Source of the DNA: Camelus dromedarius
Lineage: Eukaryota
Direction of reading: 5' to 3'
NCBI RefSeq assembly: GCF_036321535.1
Contig: NC_087436.1
Location: forward strand, 19,842,001-19,906,000
DNA: 64,000 nt
The position numbers and the translations under genes are program-made. Shown piece by piece: positions 10,305 through 23,416 of the stretch (position 1 is the first letter of the stretch; each line of letters begins with the position of its first letter). The notes beneath the pieces are model-generated. The model had not been told where the DNA came from, made no database searches, and saw only the letters and a list, made by a program, of their open reading frames with translations.

Positions 10305-13300
10305 GTAAGTCATCCCTTCCCCACCTCCTCTCGTGCCATTTTCTCGCCCTCCCTCTCCTCTTTCCCCTCCGCAGCCTCCTCCGTTGTTTTCTGCATTAGT
10401 TTAGGGTTACAGAGGTGAAACTGACAAAGACACAGCCCGGGTTACTCCTCGTTTAGGTCTATGCTGAGGCAGCCATGTTGGTGATGATCAGCCCCGTGCC
10501 CTTTCTATTCTCTCTCTCTTTTTCTTTCTTTCTCTCACCCCCCCTCTTTTTTTCCTTGAGATCGGGCTTTTTTCCCTTTCCCTCCCCCTCCTCACTCCGG
10601 GTTGCTGGGGGGAGGGGGCAAGAGAAGGGAGGAGGGGAGTAGTGTGGATGCCGGTTTTTTTTTTTTAAATCGGGGGTGGAGGGGAGGTGGGAGAGGTTGG
10701 AATCTTTAAAAAAAAAATTCCTTGCGGATCACAGTGCCTGAGGGTGCGGGGGTCGGGGCGCGCAGGGGGCTGGGGGCCGTGACATGGCGTTTGGGGGTGT
10801 CGGGGCGAGGGCGCGCGGCCGCCTGCCGGGTACAGGATCCAGGGAGAGGTCCGTCTACGGCTAAAGGTTGCGCCGGGGTTGGTCGGCCCCGGAGCCGGCG
10901 GCGGCAGCGGCGGCGGCAGGAGCAGGAGGAGGCGGAGGTGGAGGAGGCGGCGGCGGAGGAGGGGAGTCGGGGGCGGGCGAGGCGGGAGAGGCTGGGAGGG
11001 TGTGGGGGCTCCGCACACAAACACATGGGTACACACGCGCCGCCGGGCGGCTGCTCCAGCGGCGCCGGGGCGAGGGGGCGCGCCGGGGCGCGGGGGGCGC
11101 GGGGCGGCCGGGCGGGGGGCGAGGCCGGGCAGCGGCGGGCGGATGTGGGGTGCGGGAGCTGCGCCGAGGCGGAGGCAGGAGGCAGGGCGGCTCGCGGCGC
11201 GCGAGGTCCCTGCAGAGCCGAGGGGAGGGAGGAGCAGGGCTCCTGGCCGCAATAAAATGCGGGGTCAGTCGGAGCAGACGGAGCCGGGCGAGACTCGGGC
11301 TCTCAGACCCCCCTCCCCGGCGAGCCTGAGCAGAGTCCAGGACTAAAGTGCATCACAGCCCTCCCCGGCTGCAGCCACACACACCAACTGGAGACACACA
11401 CCCTCCGGCACGGCCCGGTCCCCTTCCCCTCCTCCACCCGCGCCCCCGGTCCCTCTCCGCCCTCCCTCCGGCTTTTCTTTGCGAGACTCTTAACTTTTCC
11501 CCCACTCCCTCTCCAGCTCTCCCCCCCCCCCCAATCTTTCTCCGCTTTGAGTGTTCCGAGATGCTGCTAAAGCTAAAAGTGAAGGAGAAAGAAGCAACTA
11601 AAAATATCCCCCGGGGCCGCCCGGCTCCTTGAATGCAGGGAGGAGGGGGCAGGGGAGAAGGCATGGGGCGGGGTGACGGGGAGGAGGGGACGCCGGAGGC
11701 GCCGGAGGGAGGGGTCGGGGGAGACGGAGGGTCAATTTCTCTTCTCTCCCCCCGCACTGCTCCCCTCTCCCGGCGGTTTGGCGCTGCTGCTCGGAGCCCG
11801 ATCCTGCAAAACCCGGGCTGGGGGCGGGAGCGGAGCCGGAGCGCCCGCCCGCCCGGGTGTCAGGCCGACGTGGTCGGTCACCTGAAGTTCACGGAGGGTG
11901 GGGGAAGGGTTAAGGTTATGGTGTCTCGGGCTCGGGTTGTGTGTGAGCGTGTGCGTTTCCGCTGCAGACAGGCAGCGCGATCGATCTCCCCCTCGCGAAA
12001 TCTCCGCCGCGGTGCCGGCCCGGGGGACGGGCAGGGGGCGCGGGTGGCTCGGGCCGGGCGCCCCCGCGCCTCCGTGTCACCCGGGCCGCGGCCGAAGTGG
12101 TGAGCAAGGGCACTTGCAGGCAGCCAGCTCCGCAAACATTCCTCTTTCTTTCCCCTTCCCGGTACGCAGGAGTCGACGCACAGGGCTTGGGTTGTGCTTT
12201 TTTTCCCCTTCCTTTAAAAAAAAATGCCCCTGTGCAGTCCTTTCTTCGCCTGCCCGCTAGAGGTTCTGAGGATAATATCACATATGTAATATATATGCAC
12301 AGAAAAGCATTCGCAGGCGGCTGCGTGTGTAGGGAAATTTTGTGCGAGGAAAAAGAAGGCGGCGGAGTCGGGGAGGGCGAGTTGGGAGGCTCCGCGCTGC
12401 GATTCACAGAAAACTCGCAGCAGTTGGTGGAAGTGTTTCGTGCACATGGCCGGCCCGCCGCAGTTCCCAGCTCTTTTCGGGGGCGTGTGGGGGCAGGGAG
12501 GGGAGGCAGGGATCCTGGGGGGGGTGTCGGGGGAGGCTTGCCCTGCTCGGACAAAATGGGCTTCAGTGTTCTCTGCGAACTTGCCCTTAGATGGCAACTT
12601 TGGGAGCTGATGAGCTTGTGTGCGAAAACCAGGGCGGTGAGGTTATTTGGTCATTTTGCTTTCTTCTCTTTGAAAAAATAAAAAAAAAAAAAAAGAAGGA
12701 AAATGTTGGCGGGGTTAGAGGGAGGGTAGGAGGAGAGAAGGGATTTGTATCTGTTCGGTTGTGACGGAGATGGAACGCCTTCCCTCCCGTGGTATGTAGT
12801 GGAGTCGGGCAGCTGCAGCCTGCCCTGCTGGTGACCTTGACCCTGACCTCGTGCGACTACCCTCTCCGTCTGAGAGGAAATTCAGGCTCCATTTTAGCTC
12901 GTGTGTTCGGTGGGCCTCTCCAGCGCGCAGGGCCTGGCGATTAAGTTGTATTTTCAAAGTGGGCTCTCCCACCCTGTTCTCTAATTGAATACTGTTACCC
13001 ACTCGGTTAAAAAAAAAATCGACTTCTCCTCCAGTCACATAAAACCACTTTTACTGAAGTAAGAAGCAATTACCTTTTGGAAACCCCGTAAAAGTCCCTC
13101 CAGTTTTAAAAGGCAAGCCCATTTGAGAAGCTTTTCTCCACTTACCTTTGCTTTGAATGGATTTTTGTGGATGTGTGCTGCCTGTTTTAAGCATGGTTTA
13201 CAGATGTTTTGTAAGCAGTTTGCATTTGAGCTGAGAGCAGTTTCTGGGTAAATGGTGTGTTTTGCAATTCAGACACAGTAACCCAAGTCTTGCTAAGTGC

Positions 13301-16300
13301 TGAGTGAGTCTTAAGGAACTTGCAGTGGTGTGGATTTCGGTAAAATTAGTGTTAATTTATATTTAGTGTAGAATATAATTGTAGTCCCTCAGTTCTAGTT
13401 TTAATGCTAAGTTCTTTATTTCTTTGTTTATGCATGGTGCCAGGATTTTCTTTTTCCCCTGGAGAACCGTTTTGTATGAGTGAAAATATAGTGAGTTGGG
13501 GATTAAGATTGCCCTAATAGAAGTCATCCCGAGTTTTTAAGAAGTTATATAGGGGCAGCTTGAAATTTCACAGTTAAAGGAAGGAGTGATGTGTGTGGCT
13601 TTTGGGGTGGGAAGGGTCAGAGGGGATATGAGATGAGGAGGATTGTTTTTGAAACCAAGGGGCATTCTGAATAGATGATAACAAGTGGTTGAGAGCCACT
13701 TTTGATATGATGCTCAAAAAATTTAGAGAACCTGTAAACACACATTTAAGAAGTTCCAATTAGAATACAAGAAAAAAAACTTGTAAAACTGAATCATCAA
13801 GAAATTTGGAATGTTTTCCACTTTGTCTTAAGGCCCCCCCCTTGCCTCTGTGCCTGCCCTCCACATAAACCATTGCTACTAATAAAGTCTTACTGTGTGT
13901 TATAAAATATGAGACTAGCCAGCCGCAGTGTGGCTCTGCGAAGCCCACAGTTCCCCCACTCTATAGCGCAGACACCAGGGAACCTGCAAGTTCCGCCCTG
14001 GAGTAGATTAGTCCTGGAAATCCAGACTAGCACTGAGTATTATCTGATACCAAGTCTGGGGTGAGCCTCAGCCCCTGGCACGGAGTCCCAGCAATTCCCC
14101 AGGCTGGGCTTCGGCCTGCTAAGGTTTCCTAGCTCCTTCTGTTCAACCAGACACCCTTGGGACTGTTCGGAACCGAATTAGCTTTGGGGATGGGCGAGCC
14201 TTTAACCTGACGCTACTAACCTAAGCGTTAGATTTCTGATTTAAAATTCTCCACAGTCATTTCCTCCTGGGCCTCTGAAGTAACTGTATGTGTGTGTTTG
14301 TTTTTGTTATATAGGCCTCATACATATGCAGAAAAACAAATGGCCTGTCCCTATAGAGTTGAATGGTGACCCTACTGACTGCCAATCAAAAAGGCATGCT
14401 GCACTAGCTTTTGGAGGTGACCCCCAACCAAGGGCATTAAACTGTTTTTGAGAAGTGGTTTTAAACACTATTATTCAAAATAAAGCCTTTATTTCTTGGC
14501 CTAGAGCAGTAATGATCATTTGGGGGTTTAAATCTGATTCTGTTGCCATTGATGTTTCTTCTACAAAAGTTCTTTCCGTGAACAAGGTCCAATACCATGT
14601 TCAGAAAACGTCCTAGAGGTCCTTTGAGCTATACCGTGTGCTTATCTTTAGCAGAATCCTAACTGCGTAGTTTAAAAATGTTGGTCAGTCTAAGCAAGAG
14701 GAAGAGAGGGAAACTGATACTGTGACTGTTTGCCAGGCCTGGGGCCCAGGCTTTTAGGAACATCACTGCATTTGGGATCACAAACTGGAGCGGGAGAGGG
14801 AGGTGTTTGTTGCATCTGTAAATCCTTTTACCGTTGGTTCCCTCAGCACTTTGAAGATTTCATCTTTAGCTTCCACTTACCCCTAAAGGTGGATGAGTTT
14901 AGCTCCTGTTCTGTTTATCATTGGAAAGCTGCCTGATGATATACCCCAGAGGGAGCACAAAAGAAAAGTTCATAAAACTGTTGTTTTGTTATTCTAGCAT
15001 CTTCACTGTTGACTCAGTTGTGGGTCGAGCCCGAAACAAGTTATTGTCTCCTTCATGAAAAAAACTTTAAAAATTCTCTCTTGCTTTCTAGTCAAATTGG
15101 GAAGCAGAATGACTGAAAAGCAGCAGAATCCCTTATTTTTATATTTTCACAAGTCTTTATAGGTCTATTGAAAGTTAAAGGATAGAAGATCGAACTTTTC
15201 CCTTTACTTTTATTAATTTTTTTCAGTGACCAGGTAATACCTCCTGACTATGACAGGAACCACGGAGAAATTTTTTCGAGACTGAAATAGTAAAGTATTT
15301 CACTGCTGATGAATCTGAGGTACCACAAGGCAGGCTTGGTGGATGCTGGGCAAAAATGCCTATCTGTTTTCCCAAGAGACCTCCATATATTCCTAAACAC
15401 ATTCAGTAGGGTACACTGAGCTTTGCTATTAAAGAAGATGACTCAAAATCGCACTCCTTTCAATGCTTCAGGATAGTTTTGAACAAAAAACATTGATTTT
15501 AAATTTGTCTACATGTTACCATCTTGCTCTGGGAATGACACAGCTGGTGCAAGTTGACAGGTCTCCTGCACAAAGTGTTAATAAGTCACGTTGGAAAAGT
15601 ATAAATTGGACAGCTTTTGGCCAGTGATAGAGCTTGCTGTGCATTTGAGTTATTAGAGTCTTTGAATGGCTTCTGTTAGAAGAGTTCCTAGGGAGATGTG
15701 GAAAATCTTTATCTCGTGAGGCTTATAAAATTAGATGGACAGAGGTGGTGGAAACATCCAAGGGTTCCTGTTGTGTTGGTGGAGTAACCAGGCAGGCTTC
15801 TCCTGCGGGCAAAAGTTGGTTTAAAATACAAGGAATCCTATGAATGTCAAGATGTTCTTACACGAGAGACCGGATTCGAAATGTGCAGTACCTGGTGGGG
15901 TCAGTAAACCAGTTTATTTAGTAATCCCAGTATTTTGGGTTCAGATCGTGTTGGAATGATATAGTTTCTCAAAAGAGAAAAACTTATCCAGGATCACTCA
16001 CCCTGGTCACATCGTGCAAGGTGATGTCTTTGGATTCAAAGGTGACAAGGTACATAGGGAGTGATGGGGGAACTGAAATTGGCATGGTGTACAAAGTTCC
16101 CTTGGTTTCTGATTGGTCAGTAATGCTCTCTGTGGAAGCTGAGGGCAGGATATTGCTGAGAGGAGGTTAATACACCCTTTCACCTTCCTTTTTTTGAAAG
16201 TTGCCTCTTCCCTCCTCCACTCTTCCTTTTGAAATATCTGCCAGAGTGTTAGGGTAGCAGGACGGAAGAACACAGACAACAGGCTGGAGCTGATCTCTCC

Positions 16301-17094
16301 ATTCTGAGTGATGTCTTCGTTATTTTCTGTACTTTGATCAGACTGATCACAGAACAGGATGAGAGTGTGACCTACAAAATAGGACTTTGGGGGGCGTTCG
16401 AGGCTTTCTAGCAGAAGGTTTTACAAGACCGTGAGCTTTGAGTTTCCTCTTACCTGAAAGAAATCCAGACCAGGCCTAGTGATGGAAGAACATGTGGTTT
16501 TTTGTTTGTTTGTTTTTGGGTTTTTTTTAATCAGATTTCGTTACTATTTTGTCCTAGTAATGGCAGTCTAGACTCACATTTTAGAGATACAGGTTGTAAA
16601 TGAAGCAGCTGTGTCCTCTTTCTGATGGGCTCTTTTCTATTTCATATTTACTAGGTGTCGCTCAGTAATTCATACCATCGAGGGCCACGTGTACAAAATA
16701 CTTTATGGTTCGTGATCACTGAAATGTCTTTTGTCATATTTTTATAAGAAACGAATGTGCAAAGCGCAGACCTTAGACTTAGCTAAGAGGCTTGATGGGC
16801 TGAAGTTTCTAGCCACTTTCTCCCTTCTGTTTAGGAGCAAGTTTTGAATTTCTGTCCTCTGTCTGTAACTTACATTTTTATGATATTAGAGAATAATGTA
16901 TGACTAGGTGCTGAAGCCGGGGCCTCTCAGGTGACTCTTACCATTCCCCAAGGACCCACCTTGGGATAGAATTGCTGTAGTTACAAGGTAGTTTCATAAA
17001 TTAAAATCAGACTGTGGCTTGATACTAATCTTCAGCTGCATGGGTGCACATTGCTGTTTATTTTATAAAAGTCAGCTTCCCTGCCTGTACACGC

Positions 17095-17095
<1 letters not shown>

Positions 17096-17132
<37 letters not shown>
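17096..17132. repeat. (CA)n microsatellite
   Basis: Perfect CA run. Confidence 0.95.
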
Positions 17133-17136
<4 letters not shown>

Positions 17137-17934
17137 GCTGCACTGTAGCTAATTTTTTAAAATGTACAGTGATACACGCCCACAGTCTGAAATCAGCCTG
17201 TGGCCTTTAGCAACTCTGCTTTTCACAGACTGACCCAGGGTTATATCAAATGCAGCAGATTCTGTGCGCCTAAAAAGGATATTGTTTCCAGCCATCCATT
17301 CCCTTCTGATTAAAAAACAAAGCTCCACTGCTGAAGTTCTTAAATGACTAAGGCTTAGGTACTCTGCTTCTGTTTTTCCAAAAGTCCAAATTCAGCCAAG
17401 TGCGGTCTACCAGCAAGGAAGAAATGCATGGACTGTCTCTGAGGCTTGGGCCTGCAAAAGCAGACTCAAATAATCCTTGTCTCTCCTTCTCTCTCTCCGT
17501 CTTTCTTGTAATTTCTACATGGGACAGAAAAGTGGTTAGGCCCCATTAGAAGTGAGGTGTGAAGGAAAAAAGAGGGAAGAGAGAGATGTGGATCTCGGGG
17601 TGACTTGTTTCGAGTGCTCCAAAGAGGCTGGCCTTCAGAGGGGCCTGGAGCGGGTGAGGGAGAAGATGGTCTTTTACATGACTGATGAGCAACACCCTGC
17701 TTATCTGCGCCTTTGAAACAAGCTACTGGACTTGTGGAAGGTGATAGATTTTCCTGAAGTTCCATAGTGCCAGTGTCTTAGGATGCCTGGTGGTGTATTT
17801 TTAAAAGCTTTTGCTGTTGTCTGGTAACGAGAGGGAGAAAATACCGTGTGATTTTTGCCCTCTTTTCCCTCCGTCTGTTGGATATGGTATGACTTAAGTA
17901 AAAACAGAGACTGCACACGCCTTTTAAGTTCACA

Positions 17935-18120
17935 GAGAAGTGGTCAAGTGTACAGGCCGTGGCGCCAGGCTGTTTAGATCCAAGCTCTGCCGCTAACTAG
18001 CTGTGTGACCTTGGGCAAGTTACTTAACTTCTCTGTCCCCTAGTTTCTTCATCTTTCAATAGTGATAATAGTTCCTATATCTTAGGCTTATTGTAGGGAT
18101 TCATTGAGTAAATGTGTAAT
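17935..18120 (+). mobile_element. MIR SINE
   Basis: Core ACTAGCTGTGTGACCTTGGGCAAGTTACTTAACTTCTCTG. Confidence 0.85.
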
Positions 18121-18815
18121 AATCAATATTATTACACACCCCAGACCATGTCTAATTAGTGGCTGCTTTGCAGAAGGGGCTCAGGAAGGCTTAGCTATTA
18201 TTAAGTATGTGAAATAAATTCCCATTTGCTGAGTTTGTGATTAGACTACAGGCATTTCTGACTTAGAACTTTTTGGTGAGGCCTGTGCTTTTTTTTTATT
18301 ATTTTCAATTTTCTTCCATAGGTCTCATTGAGTAATAATATGATATGGTAAAATTCTTTTATAAGGCTGTGTAATAGGGCTTGGCAAGTACTTGTTTCAC
18401 AGGCCAACAATATTACTTAGAGTTTACTAGAGGAACAAGTTCCTCTGTGTGTATGATTTGACCTGAATTATATCTAAATTGTATGACTGAGTTTTAGTGT
18501 AAAGTGAGGATAGTAAATCCACATTCACAGACTCACAGTGAGATTTTCAAAGGAGAAAATAGGTGTTTAATGAAAGTTTATGTATTTATTTATTTACCAG
18601 TCAGTCCACTGATTAAAGTTACCTGGGGGGAAATTTCTGCTGGGTTTTCCATGTGTTAAATAGGTAATAGCTCACGTTTTGCACGGAAAGGAGCCGGTCT
18701 GCTGTTTCTAATTGCAGAGAACCAACGCAAGAGAACACATTAAATGAATTTGAAAAGAAAGATGGATGTGTGTGTGTGTGTGTGAGGGGTGTTGTGTGTG
18801 TGTTATAGATCATAT

Positions 18816-19149
18816 CAGAGGTCCCAAGCTAGTGGCCTACTGGTATGTTTTGCCTCATACAGTCTGTTTAAACACTCGAGACAGCATTTGCAAATGGGCA
18901 GTTTCACATAAAAATCCAGATTTCCAGCTTCTTTTGAAAACTTGGACGAGCCAGCAGCACCCGGCCACCTCCCCACATGGCAGCAATCTGCTGCAGTCGG
19001 TGGCGGCAGTCCCCTTCCCCGGCATGTGCTCGCCAGTCTGTCACAGTTCCTACCACTGGGCTGCCTTGTCCCCGTCTGCACGGACACCTGCGTGCCTCCC
19101 TCAAGCGGCTTATCTCCCGGCCCCTTCGGGCGTTTGGGTTAGAAACTGT
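18816..19149 (+). mobile_element. MER102-like hAT-Charlie MITE
   Basis: CAGAGGTCCCAAGCT start, TTTCACATAAAAATCCAGATTTCCAGCTTC, CCCACATGGCAGCAATC, GGCATGTGCTC. Confidence 0.75.
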
Positions 19150-19244
19150 TCCACATTCCCCAACATTCTGGGATCTTCTAATTCATCTCCGAGGCGAAGG
19201 TACTGCCAGCCACATTCTATGGCAATGTCAGGGAGCAGTCTAGG

Positions 19245-19465
19245 TAGGGTAGGGATTAAGATCGTGGCACCAGACACCTGAGTTCCATCCTGGCTGCTGC
19301 ACATTTTAGCTGTGACCTTGACAAGTGACATGACTGCAGTTTGCCACTTGTTTTCTCATCTGTAGGTTGGGAGAGCATTGTAAGTTCTATGGGAAATAAG
19401 TGAGTTCATACGGGTAGATACTTAGATACATATCTGGCACATAGTATGTGTACAATAAATGGTGG
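19245..19465 (+). mobile_element. MIR SINE
   Basis: TAGCTGTGACCTTGACAAGTGAC...TTTTCTCATCTGTA...CTGGCACATAGTATGTGTACAATAAATG. Confidence 0.8.
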
Positions 19466-19593
19466 CCACATGAATAGACTCGAGGTATGAATTCCTTTCA
19501 ACTAAGGGTCTCAGTAGGATTGCTTGAACTGTGCTGTAATCAGTCAGTGACAATGATTGCTGCCTGTCAGTTTCTGATCACCATCGGCCAGCC

Positions 19594-19737
19594 CGGTGGT
19601 TCTCCACCCTGGCAGCACATTTTAGCCACCTGGGAGATTTTAAAAGTGCAAACACCCCCTGAGATATAAATTTAATTGGCCCAGAGTGGAGCTTGGGCAT
19701 GGACATTCTTAAAAAGCCCCTTGGGTGAGGACCCCTG
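19594..19737. mobile_element. MER5A-like MITE
   Basis: CGGTGGTTCTCCACCCTGGCAGCACATT...CACCTGGGAG...GAGGACCCCTG termini. Confidence 0.7.
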
Positions 19738-19974
19738 AACTAACCAGAATGCCCACTCTGGGCTGATGCTATTTCAGCCAGAAATAAAGACATGTAGATT
19801 TTGAGTCTGGGCAGCTTACTGATGAGAATCTGTTAGACTCTTAAAACCTTAAAAAAAAATAGCCCATGGACCCGAGTAATTGACTCCAACTCCTCCAGAT
19901 GGGAAACCATAGGTTCAGAGAACGACCTGTACTAAGCAAGAGATGCTGTCACCTTCTCCCACCATGATCACCAG

Positions 19975-20090
19975 GGTTTCTCACTAGCTTTGTGACCTTG
20001 GGTAAGTCACCTAACCTCTCTGTGCTTACGTAGCGCCATCTTGTAAAATAGATAATGGTGCATTAGCCACACCTTCTACTTATCTAATGG
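19975..20090 (+). mobile_element. MIR SINE fragment
   Basis: CACTAGCTTTGTGACCTTGGGTAAGTCACCTAACCTCTCTGTGC core. Confidence 0.8.
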
Positions 20091-21229
20091 TTGTTGTCCA
20101 CAAAACATTGTCACTAATATCACCTGCCTGGGAGGCAGGCAGGGAAGGGGCCTTTCTCTCACCGGTCGGACAGAAGCAGGAACTGAGCCACAGAGAGGAA
20201 GAAACTAGCTCGAGATCACCAGAGCAAGAGGTATCAAGAGCTGGACCACGTGCGGGTCTCCCGAGGCTCAGAGCTGCTCCGAGGTCTCTGAAGTCTTCAT
20301 GGGGTCCGAGGACCTGGAGAACACGCCTTCACCACCTGCACCCCGTCTCAGAGTCCCTCCACAACAGGAGAACCCCTCAGGTGCTGATGGAGCATACACC
20401 TTGCCCTGTAATTCATGGAGACTTGCGCCACCGATATTTCTTTCCTCAAAGATTTATTTTGACCTTAGACTAAGCCGAGGGCAGTCGAATAGAGTCACAT
20501 GCAGTGATACTTTCTGGAGTCTGAATTACGTGCTCCCTGTGGGGAGCACTGCCTTCCTGTAATGACCTAGAATGCTGAGTTGTTTTCTAACCTGGGCTTG
20601 TTTGGCCCTACTTGTTAACCCAACAGTCCTCACTAGAGCAGGAAACACAGCTGTATTTGGGAGGAAACGAAGTGTGGGACACCCTGCGCTTCAGGAAATA
20701 TTCCTGGAAGCGCTGTATGATTTCTCCCTTCCAGGGGAAAGCAGACCTCGAATAGTCACTTACTGGGTTTTAATCTGACCTTAAGATAGAGGGAAACCAA
20801 ATTATAGTGAGCTGCTTTCTGACATTTATAGGAAGAGAGGAATTTCATCATCTCAAAGTAGGGTTTGGGTTGGCTAGACTACTATATCATAGAGGTGCTG
20901 CGTAGCAAATACATGTTGATAGATGAGAAAATGTGCACAAAGGAGAAGGAAAAAATACGTGTATTTTAAATATGACTTAAGTGTACTCCATACGGCTGGA
21001 ACCATGGAAATCACAGATATTCGTTCTGTTTATTGATTTATTTTTAAAAATCTATATGGGCTTTTAATGATAAAAGTAGTGCATGCTTAGTATAAATGAT
21101 TAAAGCAATTTAGGAATGTTTAAAGTAAAATGTGAAAGTCCCCTCTCTTAGCTCCCGCCCCTAGAGATAACCACTGCCAATCAACAAGCAATATTTCAAA
21201 TTCAACCATCATTTGAAAAATGGATGCAT

Positions 21230-21970
21230 TTCAGCAGAGTTGGCTGAACTAATGTAAGTACTGAATTCAAGACAAGGGCGGTAACGCTGGCCTTGGGAAC
21301 TGATAAGATCTCATGCGCGGTAGTGAATCCCAGATTGGGTGCCCCGAGTTAAACGGGGAAATTGATAAACTCCTGACCAGAAGGGAGGCAACCAGAATGT
21401 TGTAGGCTCTTGAAATCATCGTGCGAGGGATTCATTATTAAGGCAATTGGGGGTGCTTAATTCCAAGATAAGAGTGAGGGTGGGTCAAAATCATGCATGG
21501 TAACAACATCAAGTGTAAGAAGTTCCGTCAAGTGAAAAAGGGAGTAGACTTTCTCTGTATTGTCATTCGTCCTAAATTCTCACCTTGTGTCTGATAACTG
21601 ATACTTGAATCATCCGTTCATCATTCATTCATTCAAACAGCAGTAACTGGGTGCTTCTGTGCCAGGGATTTGTGATCTGTGGAGCTGAACAGAGTGTGGT
21701 CCCTGCTTGCAAAGATCTTAGAGCCAAGCAGGCAGAGAAAGAGATGGAAACGAATAATTAGAATTCGGCTCGAAAAGTATTTTCATAGATTTCTGAAATG
21801 CTGAGCTGAAAACAGACAATAGGACCTATAGGGTAGAAGTTAGAGGGAAGATAACTTTGATTTCTTAAGATAAGGGACTGTTGAATAAATAAAACTGCCC
21901 AAAAATGAAACAGAAGATCTTGTGTTTACGAAGAAGCTGGTTCAGCCACCTGTCAGGGGTGGTTTTCTAA
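21230..21970 (+). mobile_element. L3/CR1 LINE 3' fragment interrupted by an antisense L2 fragment (about 21610-21790)
   Basis: CAGAAGGGAGGCAACCAGAATG...GAAAAAGGGAGTAGACTT, resuming at GGGTAGAAGTTAGAGGGAAG, resembles L3. The insert starts with (CATT)n, an L2 tail. Confidence 0.6.
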
Positions 21971-22287
21971 GGACTGCAAGTATAGAGAGGGTGAGGTGCA
22001 GAGGAGAAATGTTGGGCTCTAAGCTTGTTTAATATTTTAAGAAAGAATTCTACCAGGCAAATGCTGCTTTGCTTGGTTTCGATTATAAAATGGGACTCTG
22101 CTCCTACAGTGGGGGAAAACATCTTTCAATATACTGAATTGAACGCCTTTTGGGAATAAGGGTACATGCATGTCACGTACACACATAGTATCAACTTAGA
22201 TCAGTGAGGATTTGATACTCTAAGGATTTGATCACCTGAGAGTTGTAGCCCCTACATAGTGCTTATTCATTAATAAAAAGTTTTGAG

Positions 22288-22528
22288 ATTTGCAGATACT
22301 GTTATATATAAAATCAATACATACCAAGTTTCTTTCCTGTAGCACAGGGAGCTATGTTCAATATCCTGTAGTATCTTATATTTTTTTTTATAATGAAAAA
22401 GAATATGAAAAGGAATATATGTATGTATATGCTTGACTGAAACATTATGCTGTGCACCAGAAATTGACACAACATTGTAAACTGACTATACTTCAATTAA
22501 AAAAAAAAAGAAATTTTAAAAAAAGAAC
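22288..22528 (+). mobile_element. Young L1 3' end, 5'-truncated, sense orientation
   Basis: Ends ACTGACTATACTTCAATT-poly(A). TSD-like AA(G/A)TTTTGAG on both flanks. Confidence 0.85.
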
Positions 22529-23416
22529 AAATTTTGAGCGTTTACCTGGCTCATAAAAGTTGTATAGAATGCAGTCTCTGCTGACAGTCCTTTCAAATGT
22601 TGACACAGAACAGTCAGAGGATAATTACAAATCAGTAAGCTAGCAGGTGTGAGACAGTATCATATGAATTAGATACGTAAATGTTTGAGGAAGTAGAGTA
22701 AGAGTGATGGGGAAAAAATTCTTGGAGAGGAGTGATACTTAAAGCATCTTCAACAATGTGATGGCTTTAATCTTGAGAGGAGAATTTCTAAGCAAAAGAA
22801 GTAGCATTAGCCAAAAGAGGCTGACATAAACCGAAAGTAGGCAGGAGACACTAAGAGAAGGAACTTTGTTGAACTAGGGGGGACATATTGGTGATGTCAG
22901 GATAGGAGGTAGGGAAAATATCGTAGGAGCGGGCCCAGGTGATAAGAGATGATGATGGTTAAGTTTAGTGGTTTGGGTACGACAGGAGATCAACTGAAAT
23001 GTGGTAGTTTTTTCATTGTGATGTAAATAGAGGTGGAGGATAAGGATGGCCTGAAGGAAGAAATGGCCTTGTTAAGGAGGGAGACCTGCCCCAGTGATGG
23101 GCTTCTATGGGGCCAGGGCTGCAGACCCTCAGCCAAGGCTTAGCCCCGACCCTCTACTGCCCCTTGCTTACCTCTTTGGTTTCCTTTGGCAAAGAAGCTC
23201 TAATGCGGTGCCTGCCTTTGCAGGTCAGTAAGTATGTGATAGTTACAATAATATATCTAACGTGCATATGTATATAATGAAGTATAGTGGTTAAGTGAAC
23301 ATTTGTAAACCTACTGCTCAACCTGACAAATTTCAACACTATCAAACGTCTCCTGTCCTCTTCTCCTGCTACCTGTTCTCATTATCCTAAATTTTCTGTT
23401 TATTGCTCCCCCTGCT

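Larger units (their letters stand above)
9450..12640. promoter_or_regulatory. ZNF827 promoter / CpG island spanning 5'UTR, exon 1 and the start of intron 1
   Basis: Sharp rise in GC and CpG content (densest about 10720-12200), with GC boxes and a YY1-like GCAGCCATGTTG at 10469-10480, surrounding the first coding exon. The exact TSS cannot be read from sequence. Confidence 0.9.

Noticed and set aside
10665..12681. Many overlapping 100-210 aa ORFs on both strands
   Set aside because: Low-complexity G/P/R/A translations expected from stop-poor CpG-island DNA; no recognisable domain.
14158..14260. Faint resemblance to an LF-SINE 5' end (GGGACTG...GAGCCTTTAACCT)
   Set aside because: No B-box or downstream collinear blocks; may be chance.
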